Sequence record: NZ_CP084013.1
From: a plasmid
DNA length: 64,000 nucleotides
Reading direction: 5' to 3' (one strand)
Positions within the stretch are counted from its first letter, which is position 1. Every line of letters begins with the position of its first letter. The notes under the pieces were generated by a model that was not told the DNA's origin, searched no databases, and worked only from the letters and a program-made list of their open reading frames with translations. The position numbers and the translations under genes were made by a program. Positions 9,421 to 18,051 of the stretch are shown one piece after another.

Positions 9421-9446
9421 TATGTGGACTTCTTCAGTATAACAAC
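9421..9446 (-). promoter_or_regulatory. conserved element motif (reverse orientation), putative promoter of the minus-strand operon 9405->2221
   Basis: The plus strand reads TATGTGGACTTCTTCAGTATAACA, the reverse complement of the TGTTATACTGAAGAAGTCCACATA-type motif. It sits about 15 nt upstream of the RBS for 8995-9405. Confidence 0.6.
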
Positions 9447-9462
9447 CATATTGTATTTTACA

Positions 9463-9486
9463 TGTTATACTGAATATGTCCACATA
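9463..9486 (+). promoter_or_regulatory. conserved element motif, putative promoter of 9516-10001 (divergent with 9421-9446)
   Basis: TGTTATACTGAATATGTCCACATA, 30 nt upstream of the ATG at 9516. Confidence 0.6.
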
Positions 9487-9515
9487 AAAAGATTGAAAGA
9501 GAAAACCAAAGGAAA

Positions 9516-10001
9516 ATGCAACCCATACAAGACGTCACAGACGCACGAAAGACCTACACCCTATACGAGTGTGAAAAATGCGGAAGCCTGCGACTCGAAA
9601 GATCCGGCAAGCCCATCACCAAGTGCGCCTACTGCGACAACCTCTCCCTAAAACAGAGATTCCTCTCCGCACTGATCTCCATCGTCCACGAAGCCACATA
9701 TAAAATCCCAAACCCAAACAACACCGGAATCGTCCAAAACAAGGCAGACACAAAACTGCCCGGGAGTGTCGTCCAAGTCTTCGTGGATAACCCGGAAACC
9801 TACTGCACAACGAAAATTCAGCTCGGAACCACATCCATCGACTACTCCTATGATTGCACATCAGGGGACATTCGTATCGTTGCGAAAAATTGGGATCCAT
9901 TCGACTTGGAAAATGCCGACCTCGGTACGGGATGGCATATCCGACTGCTGGTGCAGACATGGCGCAACGAAATTGCCAAGCGAATGGAACTGACGGCGTG
10001 A
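9516..10001 (+). CDS. hypothetical protein with N-terminal zinc ribbon
   Basis: 161 aa, 'CEKCGSLRLERSGKPITKCAYCDN'. AAAGGAAA RBS. Confidence 0.5.
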   Translation: MQPIQDVTDARKTYTLYECEKCGSLRLERSGKPITKCAYCDNLSLKQRFLSALISIVHEATYKIPNPNNTGIVQNKADTKLPGSVVQVFVDNPETYCTTKIQLGTTSIDYSYDCTSGDIRIVAKNWDPFDLENADLGTGWHIRLLVQTWRNEIAKRMELTA

Positions 10002-10783
10002 ACAACATCGACAGCATCGAAAACGCACTGGAGCAATTCCCCCAGCAACGCATCATTTCCGCATGGATAGAAGGAGACTACGCGCATGGTTTAGCGGCGA
10101 AGGACAACAAGCCCTCGCTTTGCGTCATCACGATGCCGCAGCCTTGGGAGATACTGCTCGGCGAAGCTCGAACGACTCAGAACATGCGTGATCTCGATAT
10201 CAGAATCCTCACACCTCTTTCTTATATCGACGGACTGCTCGACGGCCATCGTAGCCTGTTGGAATCGTTGACATTGCCAACCGAATGCTTTCTGCTGGAC
10301 GCCGGCTTCATTCGCGCCATCGAGCCTTTCGCCCATCGGTTGACCACCAGCAATGTCGTCAAGACGGCTTTGGATGACGCTCGCGGGAACCTGTCCGTTT
10401 TGCGGCACTGGCCGGGCATGAAGAGCGCGAAACGCAATAAATCCATGGCCGAGACCGCACGATTGCTGAACGGAGTACGTCATATCCAGTCAGGAACGGA
10501 AGCCTGGCCGTGTCTGCTGGATGCGGATGAAATCACGCTGCTCCGTCGCATCCGATTGCAGGGAATGAATCTTGCCGATCTGGAAAGAGACTATGGCCTT
10601 CTTGCAGATACCCGCAAAACGCCCCCTCTCCCCCCGTTGGAGCCTTATGTCCGCAGACAGATCGAAGACGTAGTTCTCGGATTGAATCGTCGAATCGTCA
10701 ACCGCGAGGCGGAATCATTTTCCGTCAAGAATCTGATACATGCCCTGCATGGTTTCGGAGACGGGATTACGGCTGATGCCTAA
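9959..10783 (+). CDS. hypothetical protein (start uncertain; alternative GTG at 9998 overlaps the upstream stop)
   Basis: A long ORF in a different frame from 9516-10001. The in-frame GTG at 9998 forms GTGA with the upstream stop, which suggests translational coupling. Confidence 0.4.
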   Translation: MAQRNCQANGTDGVNNIDSIENALEQFPQQRIISAWIEGDYAHGLAAKDNKPSLCVITMPQPWEILLGEARTTQNMRDLDIRILTPLSYIDGLLDGHRSLLESLTLPTECFLLDAGFIRAIEPFAHRLTTSNVVKTALDDARGNLSVLRHWPGMKSAKRNKSMAETARLLNGVRHIQSGTEAWPCLLDADEITLLRRIRLQGMNLADLERDYGLLADTRKTPPLPPLEPYVRRQIEDVVLGLNRRIVNREAESFSVKNLIHALHGFGDGITADA

Positions 10784-10946
10784 CCGAAAAGACTGGCAGC
10801 CCGAGGACACGCAAGTGGAGACCGCGGCTATGGCGCTACGTGCCCAGCAAATGCGCCTGTGGAATCTCGTCGAGGACAGTGCGACTGTCGACCGCTGCTG
10901 GCAGCAGAAACGGATTAAGGAATCGTTGAAAGGTCAGGACAATTGA
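10776..10946 (+). CDS. hypothetical small protein
   Basis: Its ATG overlaps the stop of the upstream ORF. 56 aa. Confidence 0.25.
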   Translation: MPNRKDWQPEDTQVETAAMALRAQQMRLWNLVEDSATVDRCWQQKRIKESLKGQDN

Positions 10947-11143
10947 TTGTCGAGCTGAATGATGATGTGTTGACCAAGCCCGCTGGATGCTTTCTTTGCG
11001 GAAGCACGATGGGTTTGGTGCCGAGCATGTATGGTCCGGTTTGCATGGAATGCGTGTTGTCCGACAAACAGGTTGGCCCGAATCGCGCGAGTCTGCTTTT
11101 CACGTTGTTTGGCGACGGTCGCGGTCGGAAGGTTCCTGCCTGA
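10943..11143 (+). CDS. hypothetical small zinc-ribbon protein
   Basis: 'CFLCGSTMGL...GPVCMECV'. ATGA overlap with the upstream stop. Confidence 0.3.
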   Translation: MIVELNDDVLTKPAGCFLCGSTMGLVPSMYGPVCMECVLSDKQVGPNRASLLFTLFGDGRGRKVPA

Positions 11144-11155
11144 CATCGATTTGTC

Positions 11156-11180
11156 TGCTATACTGAATATGTCCACATAA
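11156..11180 (+). promoter_or_regulatory. conserved element motif upstream of the exonuclease gene
   Basis: TGCTATACTGAATATGTCCACATAA, 25 nt before the ATG at 11205. Confidence 0.6.
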
Positions 11181-11204
11181 TCTTAGAGAACACAGGAACA
11201 CCCA

Positions 11205-11795
11205 ATGAGCTACTGGGACAAATACCGAAGCGACGATCCACGACGCATCCCGCCGCTGGAGGCGCCATTGCTCGACTACATCGTGCTCGACACCGAAACC
11301 ACCGGCCTCAACCCGGAAGATGGCGCGAAACTCATCGAAATCGGCGCCGTGAAAGTCAAGAACGGACGAATCGTCGACACCTACAGCCAACTCATCAACC
11401 CGCAAATGATCGTCCCGCCACACATCACGCAATTGACGGGAATCACCACTTACGACGTGAGCGGCAAACCGACTGTCAAGCATGCGATGAAAGAGTTCGA
11501 ACGGTGGCTGGGATTCGAAACGCCCTTCCTCGCACACAACGCGACGTTCGATTTGAAATTCCTCGACTGGGCCACGGCGGAAACCTGGCCGAATCGCCCC
11601 CTGTTCGACCACCCATTCCTGGATACCTTGGAAATGAGCCGTGACATCCATCCGGAAATTCGCCATCACAAGGTCGCGGATCTGATCAAACGCTATCACG
11701 TGGCAGACGTGGAACAGCATCGAGCTCTTTCCGACGCAATGCAAGAGCAAGCCTTGTACCAGATTATGTGCAAGGAGTATTTCCTCGGAGCCTGA
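11205..11795 (+). CDS. DEDDh 3'-5' exonuclease (DnaQ / Pol III epsilon-like)
   Basis: Exo I 'YIVLDTETTGLNPEDG', Exo II 'FLAHNATFDLKFL' and Exo III 'HRALSDAMQ' motifs. Confidence 0.8.
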   Translation: MSYWDKYRSDDPRRIPPLEAPLLDYIVLDTETTGLNPEDGAKLIEIGAVKVKNGRIVDTYSQLINPQMIVPPHITQLTGITTYDVSGKPTVKHAMKEFERWLGFETPFLAHNATFDLKFLDWATAETWPNRPLFDHPFLDTLEMSRDIHPEIRHHKVADLIKRYHVADVEQHRALSDAMQEQALYQIMCKEYFLGA

Positions 11796-11867
11796 TTTGC
11801 AGTTGTTGTGTTTGCGGTCGAATGCGGCTATAATTTATTTTACATATTATGATTGGAGGTGTTTGGT

Positions 11868-12491
11868 ATGCGCACGTATCTTCGGAGGGCCGAGGCGGCG
11901 AACCGTCTGCACATATCGACCACCGCGTTCAAAACGCTCGTAGCCGAGGGGAAAATCAAATACGAGCTGTCGCCCGGCGGGCAGAAGGTGTATGACCCGA
12001 AGGAAATCGACCGTTTCGCCGCCCGCGTTCAGGGTAGGGAGCCGGCGGAAGGCGTTCTCGTGTTCTACGTGCGGGACAGCGAGGGCAACACGACGCGAAT
12101 GAGAAATCAGGAGGAGCGGCTAGAGAAGGCGTATGGCGCTCCGTCAAAAGTGTACCGCGACCGCGCCTCCGGATTGAATGAGAACCGCAAGGGACTGGCA
12201 CGACTGCTCGACGACGCGGAGGAGGGACGTTTCGACCGGGTGGCCGTCACCGCCAAAGACAGGTTGAGCAGGTTCGGCGCATCTTATCTACAACGGCATC
12301 TCGCGTTCCTCGGCATCGACCTGATTGTGTTGGACGGGGAACGGGAGAAGGGGATGATGGACGAACTCATGGACGACTTCATGGCTTTGCTCGCCTCGTT
12401 CTCCGGACGGTTCTACAAGCTGCGCAGCATCGAACATGAGAAACTGCTGCTCGACCGGGCGCGCGAAAGACTGGAGGAGCGTGGAGCATGA
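11868..12491 (+). CDS. tnpA: IS607-family TnpA serine recombinase
   Basis: GGAGG RBS, then an ATG at 11868. MerR-like HTH 'LRRAEAANRLHISTTAFKTLVAEGKIKY' plus a resolvase core 'VLVFYVRDSEGN'. Confidence 0.8.
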   Translation: MRTYLRRAEAANRLHISTTAFKTLVAEGKIKYELSPGGQKVYDPKEIDRFAARVQGREPAEGVLVFYVRDSEGNTTRMRNQEERLEKAYGAPSKVYRDRASGLNENRKGLARLLDDAEEGRFDRVAVTAKDRLSRFGASYLQRHLAFLGIDLIVLDGEREKGMMDELMDDFMALLASFSGRFYKLRSIEHEKLLLDRARERLEERGA

Positions 12492-14146
12492 AAACCGGTG
12501 AAATCGCCTGCGCTGTTCCAGACCTGCACGACTACCGTCTATACGACCACAGGACAGGCGAACCGTTGGACCCGGTGGAGGCCGAAACGCTGCTCTGGCT
12601 GCACTTGGACCATTGCCGGCAATGCCAGAACCGGATGATTCACGACCCGAGGAACCGGAATCTCAAACGGGGCGGAAATGCTGGGAGAGGCAACGAATGG
12701 GCGAGGAAGAACGTCGCCTGCACAAGCCTGCCCTCCAAGTTCAGAAACCTCTCCCATCAGAACCGCGTCAATCAGACCGAGGCCGCCCGACTGCTCCTCG
12801 CATGGCGGGAACGCGAGGACATCGCCACCGCAATCGACGCCATCGGCTGGGAGAAGGCCACCTACGGGAACGTGCAGAAACGTTTGAGCCGGGACATCGA
12901 CCGTGAACTGTTCACGAACGTGCTCAACAGCGGCGGTCATCCAAGCCTGCCCACCGTGGAGCGCACGCAGTTCCCCTACGCGTACTCGAACAACAACTCC
13001 TGCGGCATGTACGTCATCGACCAGCCCGCCGGGGTCATCCGATACGAGCGGATGGCCGTCTACGACAGGTTCGTGGACGTTGAGATATACGCGCCGCACA
13101 TCATGCGCCTGCATCCGAACCTGACGAAGGTGTCCCGGCCCACGCTACGGTGGAACGGGGACTGCGTGACATGGGATGTCATCGTCTTCGAACCAAAACC
13201 CCGCAAAGAGGATGTGAACAAGGTGAGCCACGTCGTCGGCTTCGACCTGAACGCCGACTGGCATGGTGGCATCAGCGGGGCGCGACTCTCCTACAACGGG
13301 ACGGTGAGCCGAGAACTCGTAGCCGGCATCGACACACGCCGCCAGCAAACCGTGTTGGAGGAGCTGTATGTCCAATACCAGCGGTGTTTGAAGAAGCTCG
13401 ACCGGCTCATGCCATGGCAGCGGCCACACGACCCGGACGACCCGCAGCAAGTGGCAGCCCACCCCGAATGGCGGCGACTCTACGAACAGTCGCTCAACCT
13501 CCGGGATAAGATGTACCGCATCAAAACCCTGTTGGACTGGCGGTACGCGCACGACATCACCGACCATGCCAAACCCGGCGAACTCATCGCCGTGGAGAAA
13601 CTTTCCCCGTTCGATGCGGCAGGACGCGTCGAGTTCCGGCACGGCAGCCAACTGGAAAAACTGGAACACGTCGCCTCCAAGACCGGACAGCGCGTGGTGC
13701 AGGTCAACCCGGCGCACACGTCCGCCACCTGCCCGTGGTGCGATACCGTCAACAAGGTCGGCAAAGCCAGACAATACCGGTGCGCAGGATGCAGACGTGA
13801 CATCCCCCGCGACTACGGGTCTGGCGTCAACATCGCCAAACGCGGCGCACGCTATCTCGGACACAAAAACGTCCGACCTACCCCGCCGAAGGGACACGCC
13901 ACACCCAAACGTCCACCGGTCAGACACAAACGACCGGACGAAAAAACACGAGAACTTCTCACACAGATAACGTCAGGAACCGGCAAGGGGCCGGAATCCT
14001 TATGGGCCAAGACCACTCCACTGGAATGGCACATCCCATCGACGGCGACTATCGAGAATACAAGGAACCGACTAGCCCTCGCAAACCAGCGAGACCGGGC
14101 AGCAACGGGGTTACGGCAGAAACCGCAACCACCCCATTCTCGATAA
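12488..14146 (+). CDS. tnpB: IS607-family TnpB
   Basis: 'NPAHTSATCPWCDTVNKVGKARQYRCAGCRRDIPRDYGSGVNIAKRG' forms the zinc ribbon and RuvC-III motif. The start overlaps the tnpA stop. Confidence 0.8.
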   Translation: MKTGEIACAVPDLHDYRLYDHRTGEPLDPVEAETLLWLHLDHCRQCQNRMIHDPRNRNLKRGGNAGRGNEWARKNVACTSLPSKFRNLSHQNRVNQTEAARLLLAWREREDIATAIDAIGWEKATYGNVQKRLSRDIDRELFTNVLNSGGHPSLPTVERTQFPYAYSNNNSCGMYVIDQPAGVIRYERMAVYDRFVDVEIYAPHIMRLHPNLTKVSRPTLRWNGDCVTWDVIVFEPKPRKEDVNKVSHVVGFDLNADWHGGISGARLSYNGTVSRELVAGIDTRRQQTVLEELYVQYQRCLKKLDRLMPWQRPHDPDDPQQVAAHPEWRRLYEQSLNLRDKMYRIKTLLDWRYAHDITDHAKPGELIAVEKLSPFDAAGRVEFRHGSQLEKLEHVASKTGQRVVQVNPAHTSATCPWCDTVNKVGKARQYRCAGCRRDIPRDYGSGVNIAKRGARYLGHKNVRPTPPKGHATPKRPPVRHKRPDEKTRELLTQITSGTGKGPESLWAKTTPLEWHIPSTATIENTRNRLALANQRDRAATGLRQKPQPPHSR

Positions 14147-14192
14147 CCCTAATCCCGGGCATACTGGATTCTATTCTTTCCTGATATTTTGC

Positions 14193-14220
14193 TTGTTAAA
14201 CTGAATATGTCCACATAACA
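14193..14220 (+). promoter_or_regulatory. conserved element motif
   Basis: TTGTTAAACTGAATATGTCCACATAACA, about 27 nt before the GTG at 14247. Confidence 0.55.
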
Positions 14221-14246
14221 CCAGAGCAGAAAGGCATGACCTTGAA

Positions 14247-14576
14247 GTGTGCGAAAAACTAACAGTACACGTGCGACTCATTCCCTACGGTAACCTGCGA
14301 GATGCGGCAAAGCTCCACCATTACGAGCTGCGTCGCAGAAACATGGTCAGGGATGCCGGCAAGGAGCCAAATCCATTCGTCTTGGAACGCTGGATGGTCA
14401 ATTATGCCCGGCATGCGTTGACCGATTACGACCAGCAGTGCCATGACTTGGATCAAGATAGGTATGTCGAGCTTCGGACGGCGACATTGGACGCCATAGC
14501 CGACACGTATCCGCCATTGAGACATGAATGCGAACGTCAGAAAAGAATCCAGAATCCAGAAAAGGAGCCCGAGTGA
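14247..14576 (+). CDS. hypothetical protein (GTG start)
   Basis: 109-aa ORF directly after the motif, with no recognisable domain. Confidence 0.35.
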   Translation: MCEKLTVHVRLIPYGNLRDAAKLHHYELRRRNMVRDAGKEPNPFVLERWMVNYARHALTDYDQQCHDLDQDRYVELRTATLDAIADTYPPLRHECERQKRIQNPEKEPE

Positions 14577-14902
14577 GTAAGGAAAACAGCGCCGGCGAAA
14601 CCATCGGGGCGACTACGACGATCATTCTGGAACCGGCTCGAATCAGTGGCAGTACCGTCGAACCGTCGCGGCGCGAAATAGCGAGAAAGCGTCGGAAGGA
14701 ACGACGTTTGAACTGGGCTCTCGTGCTGGGAATGCTGGTTTTCGCGGTGTTCTGGCTGTTGGGGATGCAGTTGGTTTCCTGGCTTGCGGTTGGGGTGCCT
14801 TTGATGTGGAGGCTCGTACTGACGGTGTCTTCGCTTGTTTTTGCGGCCGCGTCCATGGTCCCCTCTTTGGTATATGCGTTTCGTCGAGAAAGGAAAAATT
14901 AG
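14573..14902 (+). CDS. hypothetical membrane protein (2 TM)
   Basis: An AAAGGAG RBS 5 nt before the GTG at 14573. Two hydrophobic helices, 'LVLGMLVFAVFWLLGMQLVSWLAVGVPLMW'. Confidence 0.4.
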   Translation: MSKENSAGETIGATTTIILEPARISGSTVEPSRREIARKRRKERRLNWALVLGMLVFAVFWLLGMQLVSWLAVGVPLMWRLVLTVSSLVFAAASMVPSLVYAFRRERKN

Positions 14903-15175
14903 TTGGGTGTCGGGTTGGCTGATGTGGCCGCTGAATATGTCCGATTGCACCGGGTCGAGCGGCAGTCTTTGCAGATTCGCAGTGTTAATCGCGTCGAGTT
15001 GACTGTGATACAGAATTTGTGGGCGGATAGGGTCGGGAAAGCTCGATTGGATATCCGTTCCGCTCCGGAGGTGGTGATGCGTGCGATCGAGCGGTCGAAG
15101 CGTGGTCACGAGCTTTTCGGTCGGGTTCGTGAGACTCCCGTATTGGTTGTGTACGAACTGAAGACACTTACCTGA
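14903..15175 (+). CDS. hypothetical protein (TTG start); doubtful
   Basis: 90-aa ORF. Its 5' region contains a partial copy of the motif (GCTGAATATGTCC at 14929-14941), so this may be a degenerate regulatory region rather than a gene. Confidence 0.2.
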   Translation: MGVGLADVAAEYVRLHRVERQSLQIRSVNRVELTVIQNLWADRVGKARLDIRSAPEVVMRAIERSKRGHELFGRVRETPVLVVYELKTLT

Positions 15176-15185
15176 CATACTGAAT

Positions 15186-15210
15186 ATATTCACATGTGGT
15201 AAGATTGTTC
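15186..15210 (+). promoter_or_regulatory. degenerate copy of the conserved motif
   Basis: ACATACTGAATATATTCACATGTGG, immediately upstream of the ATG at 15212. Confidence 0.45.
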
Positions 15211-15211
15211 C

Positions 15212-15694
15212 ATGACATCGCAAACTGAACCCTTCAAGATAGACGGACTTACCTTGATGCTACGAATAGGCCACGCCCCACGAGGGCGAATCTCCTATTT
15301 TAGCCCGCAAACCACCATCGAAGAATTCCTCCGTCATGCCGCCGAGCACGAGGGAAGACTGCTGTTCGTCGGCAACTTTAAATCATTGCGAAACAAAATA
15401 GGCTTTAATTATTTGCTGCTCTGGTCACCCCAAAGCGCAATCAAACTCGTTGGAACGGTGACCAATTTCGGAGAGGCATACAATCCAAAAACCTGGAATC
15501 CGAAATCCCACTATCAGGCACCATTCCCATGGGGAAGAACGCCTGCCAACTACTGGTTGGCGTTGGACAATGTGCAGCAATTGGGAGATTTCGATCCGGA
15601 CAAGTTCGAGAGATTGGGCTACAACGCCAAAAAGATATCGCTGGCGGATGAGATGGAAACAAATGCAGCCACGTTCATAATCCGCCCTATTTAA
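15212..15694 (+). CDS. hypothetical protein
   Basis: 160 aa, no recognisable motif. Confidence 0.45.
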   Translation: MTSQTEPFKIDGLTLMLRIGHAPRGRISYFSPQTTIEEFLRHAAEHEGRLLFVGNFKSLRNKIGFNYLLLWSPQSAIKLVGTVTNFGEAYNPKTWNPKSHYQAPFPWGRTPANYWLALDNVQQLGDFDPDKFERLGYNAKKISLADEMETNAATFIIRPI

Positions 15695-15801
15695 CCTTCC
15701 TCGCCAAGGATTCCCCCGCCTCTAAGCGAAGCGTAGGCGGGGGATGAATTGGCGTATCTATATATGTTATACTGTAATCAGTCGTATATGTTATAAACGA
15801 G

Positions 15802-16209
15802 GTGATTGCAGTGGAATTGGAGTCGAATCATCATTCGGTGTTCCTGTTGTATTATCATCTCGTGCTCGTCGTGAAATACCGTCGCAAGGTGTTCGACGAC
15901 ATCGTTTCGGCGCGTGCGCGTGAGATATTCGAGTACATCGCACCCAAGTATGGGATAACCGTTGAGGAATGGAACCACGACATGGACCACGTGCACGTAT
16001 TGTTCCGTGCCCAGCCGAAGAGCGAGTTGAGCAAGTTCATCAACGCTTACAAGAGCGCGTCGAGTCGTCTGCTCAAGCAGGAGTTTCCGCAGATTCGGCA
16101 GAAACTGTGGAAGGAGTATTTCTGGAGCCGCAGCTTCTGCCTACTGACCACAGGAGGCGCGCCAATCGAAGTCATCCGCAAATACATCGAGAACCAAGGC
16201 AGGAAGTAA
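15802..16209 (+). CDS. tnpA: IS200/IS605 Y1 transposase TnpA
   Basis: 'HHSVFLLYYHLVLVVKYRRKVF...EWNHDMDHVHVLFRAQPKSELSKFINAYKSASSRL' contains the HuH motif and a catalytic Tyr, consistent with an IS200-like transposase. Confidence 0.85.
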   Translation: MIAVELESNHHSVFLLYYHLVLVVKYRRKVFDDIVSARAREIFEYIAPKYGITVEEWNHDMDHVHVLFRAQPKSELSKFINAYKSASSRLLKQEFPQIRQKLWKEYFWSRSFCLLTTGGAPIEVIRKYIENQGRK

Positions 16210-16223
16210 GGAGGTGAACCATC

Positions 16224-17345
16224 ATGCAGGTGAAACGTCATTGCGCGGTCAAGTACCGCATGTACCCGAACAGGGCTCAGGCGGCATTGATTGACCGCAC
16301 CATCGGTTGTGCGAGGTTCATCTACAATCAGATGCTTGAAACCCGCATCGGCACCTATAAGGCTACGGGTAAGTCGTGCAATCCGACTCCCGCCCAGTAC
16401 AAGGACAGGTATCCGTTCCTGCGTGAGGTGGACAGCCTCGCACTGTGCAACGCCCAATTGAACGTGGCGAAGGCGTACAGGAACTTCTTCCGCGACCCCA
16501 AGCACATCGGCTTCCCGAAGTACAAGGCGAAGCATCGCAATCGTCAGACCTACACGACGAACAACAGCAATAACAACGTCACCCTCGATGAAGGAGGCAG
16601 GCATCTCAAACTACCGAAAGTAGGGATTGTGCGCGTCCGCCAGCATAAACGCATACCCGAAGACTGGAAACTGAAGAGCGTGACCATCGAGCATTGCAAA
16701 AACGGCGAATACACGGCGACGATACTGTTCGAGTACGAGACCCAAGCACTCGAACCCGTCCGACCCGTGCATATCGTCGGATTGGATTACTCCTCCCACG
16801 GCCTGTACGTGTCCAGCGACGGCGAACGAGCCGACTATTCGCGTTTCTACCGGCGGATGGAGCCACGGCTGATGCGCGAGCAACGTAGACTCAGCCACAT
16901 GGTAAAAGGGTCCGGTAATTGGGTGAAACAGAAGCGGCGCATCGCCAAGCTCGCCGCCAAGGTCGGGAACCAGCGAGCCGACTTCCTGCATAAGACGGCC
17001 AACCGGCTCGCCGCCCGATATGATTGCGTCGGCGTGGAGGACTTGGACATGAAGAACATGAGCCAATCCCTCACACTCGGCAAAAGCACGATGGACAACG
17101 GGTACGGCATGTTCCGCACCATGCTCGCATACAAGCTCGAACGGCAAGGCAAGCAGCTGGTCACGGTAGACAGGTTCTACCCGTCCAGTCAACTATGCTC
17201 CGATTGCGGATACCGCAATAAGGATACGAAGGACCTGCATATCCGCGAATGGACATGCCCTGACTGTGGCGTTTGGCATGACAGGGACGTGAACGCCGCG
17301 ACCAACATCATGCACGAAACACGACGACTCATGCAGGAACGATAA
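16224..17345 (+). CDS. tnpB: IS605-family TnpB
   Basis: GGAGG RBS. 'CSDCGYRNKDTKDLHIREWTCPDCGVWHDRDVNAATNI' forms the zinc ribbon and RuvC-III motif. Confidence 0.85.
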   Translation: MQVKRHCAVKYRMYPNRAQAALIDRTIGCARFIYNQMLETRIGTYKATGKSCNPTPAQYKDRYPFLREVDSLALCNAQLNVAKAYRNFFRDPKHIGFPKYKAKHRNRQTYTTNNSNNNVTLDEGGRHLKLPKVGIVRVRQHKRIPEDWKLKSVTIEHCKNGEYTATILFEYETQALEPVRPVHIVGLDYSSHGLYVSSDGERADYSRFYRRMEPRLMREQRRLSHMVKGSGNWVKQKRRIAKLAAKVGNQRADFLHKTANRLAARYDCVGVEDLDMKNMSQSLTLGKSTMDNGYGMFRTMLAYKLERQGKQLVTVDRFYPSSQLCSDCGYRNKDTKDLHIREWTCPDCGVWHDRDVNAATNIMHETRRLMQER

Positions 17346-17480
17346 CAAAAAACTTACGAGAACCGTGGGGCGCACGGGAATAGCCTGTAGACACTGACTC
17401 GGATACGAGCCTTGAGCAGGAAGCCCCCACCTCAGATCGCGAAGCGGTCAGGTGGCGGGAGCACGTCACCCTCTGTCGTG

Positions 17481-17512
17481 GCTGTTATACTGAAAACATC
17501 TGCATAAAAGGA
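17481..17512 (+). promoter_or_regulatory. degenerate conserved motif just outside the IS right end
   Basis: GCTGTTATACTGAAAACATCTGCATAAAAGG, upstream of the ATG at 17519. Confidence 0.45.
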
Positions 17513-17518
17513 AGACTT

Positions 17519-18049
17519 ATGGCAACACTATACGATCGACGAGCGCTCTTCGTGCGCTACAAGAAACAGTCATCCTATCCAGGACGGCAATCGGTCAAAC
17601 TCGCCGACGGAATCACCTGCCGGTATAACTGGGATCTGGATAAAACCATTCTGGATTACATAGAGGAGCATGCCGAGAAATCCGACGGGAAAGTGCTGTT
17701 CCCTCTCAAGTTCAACGTGTCCGATTTGACCGTCAACACATGTAAAAAAGCGTTCTTATGGATGACGGATGACACTTACATTGAGGCCGACATTCATGAT
17801 TCAGGCGCATATTACGCTTACGGCATGAATGACTATGACGGGTTCACAGCGCCGCCAAGCCTCACCATCCCCGAAGCGCGGTGCTGGGTGAAACTCGAGC
17901 ACGTATCGAAAATAAAAACCAAGTTCCCCATCGACGATTACAGCATCCAAGCATATAAGGGCGGAGGCGTCGTCAAAGAAACCCCTCTGCGCGAAATCCT
18001 GAAAACCACTCACATGAATTGCATGTACATCACCCGAAACGAGGGTTAA
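17519..18049 (+). CDS. hypothetical protein
   Basis: 176-aa ORF. AAAGGAAGA RBS. Confidence 0.5.
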   Translation: MATLYDRRALFVRYKKQSSYPGRQSVKLADGITCRYNWDLDKTILDYIEEHAEKSDGKVLFPLKFNVSDLTVNTCKKAFLWMTDDTYIEADIHDSGAYYAYGMNDYDGFTAPPSLTIPEARCWVKLEHVSKIKTKFPIDDYSIQAYKGGGVVKETPLREILKTTHMNCMYITRNEG

Positions 18050-18051
18050 TC

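Larger units (their letters stand above)
11800..14160 (+). mobile_element. second IS607-family element (tnpA + tnpB), a different family member from the element at 170-2260
   Basis: A TnpA/TnpB pair with a 4-nt overlap. The AT-rich left end at 11800-11860 differs from the first copy's end, so these are distinct IS607 members. Confidence 0.7.
15696..17470 (+). mobile_element. IS200/IS605-family insertion sequence (tnpA Y1 transposase + tnpB); ends approximate
   Basis: Left-end subterminal hairpin at 15704-15745 (CCCCCGCCT...AGGCGGGGG) and a right-end hairpin near 17420-17455 (CCACCTGA...TCAGGTGG). The organisation is that of IS605. The region 3' of tnpB (17346-17470) is the expected location of the omega/re-RNA. 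Confidence 0.75.

Noticed and set aside
13145-13927. 260-aa minus-strand ORF inside tnpB
   Set aside because: Antisense shadow of the IS607 tnpB gene.
14921-14942. Additional promoter-motif copy inside ORF 14903-15175
   Set aside because: Only the central GCTGAATATGTCC is conserved and the flanks diverge. It may be a decayed site. I did not count it as a promoter, but I lowered confidence in the overlapping ORF.
15766-17493. 9-bp 'GTTATACTG' on both sides of the IS605 element as a target-site duplication
   Set aside because: IS200/IS605 elements insert without target duplication. The left copy lies inside the IS, upstream of tnpA, and the repeat is explained by the recurring promoter motif.
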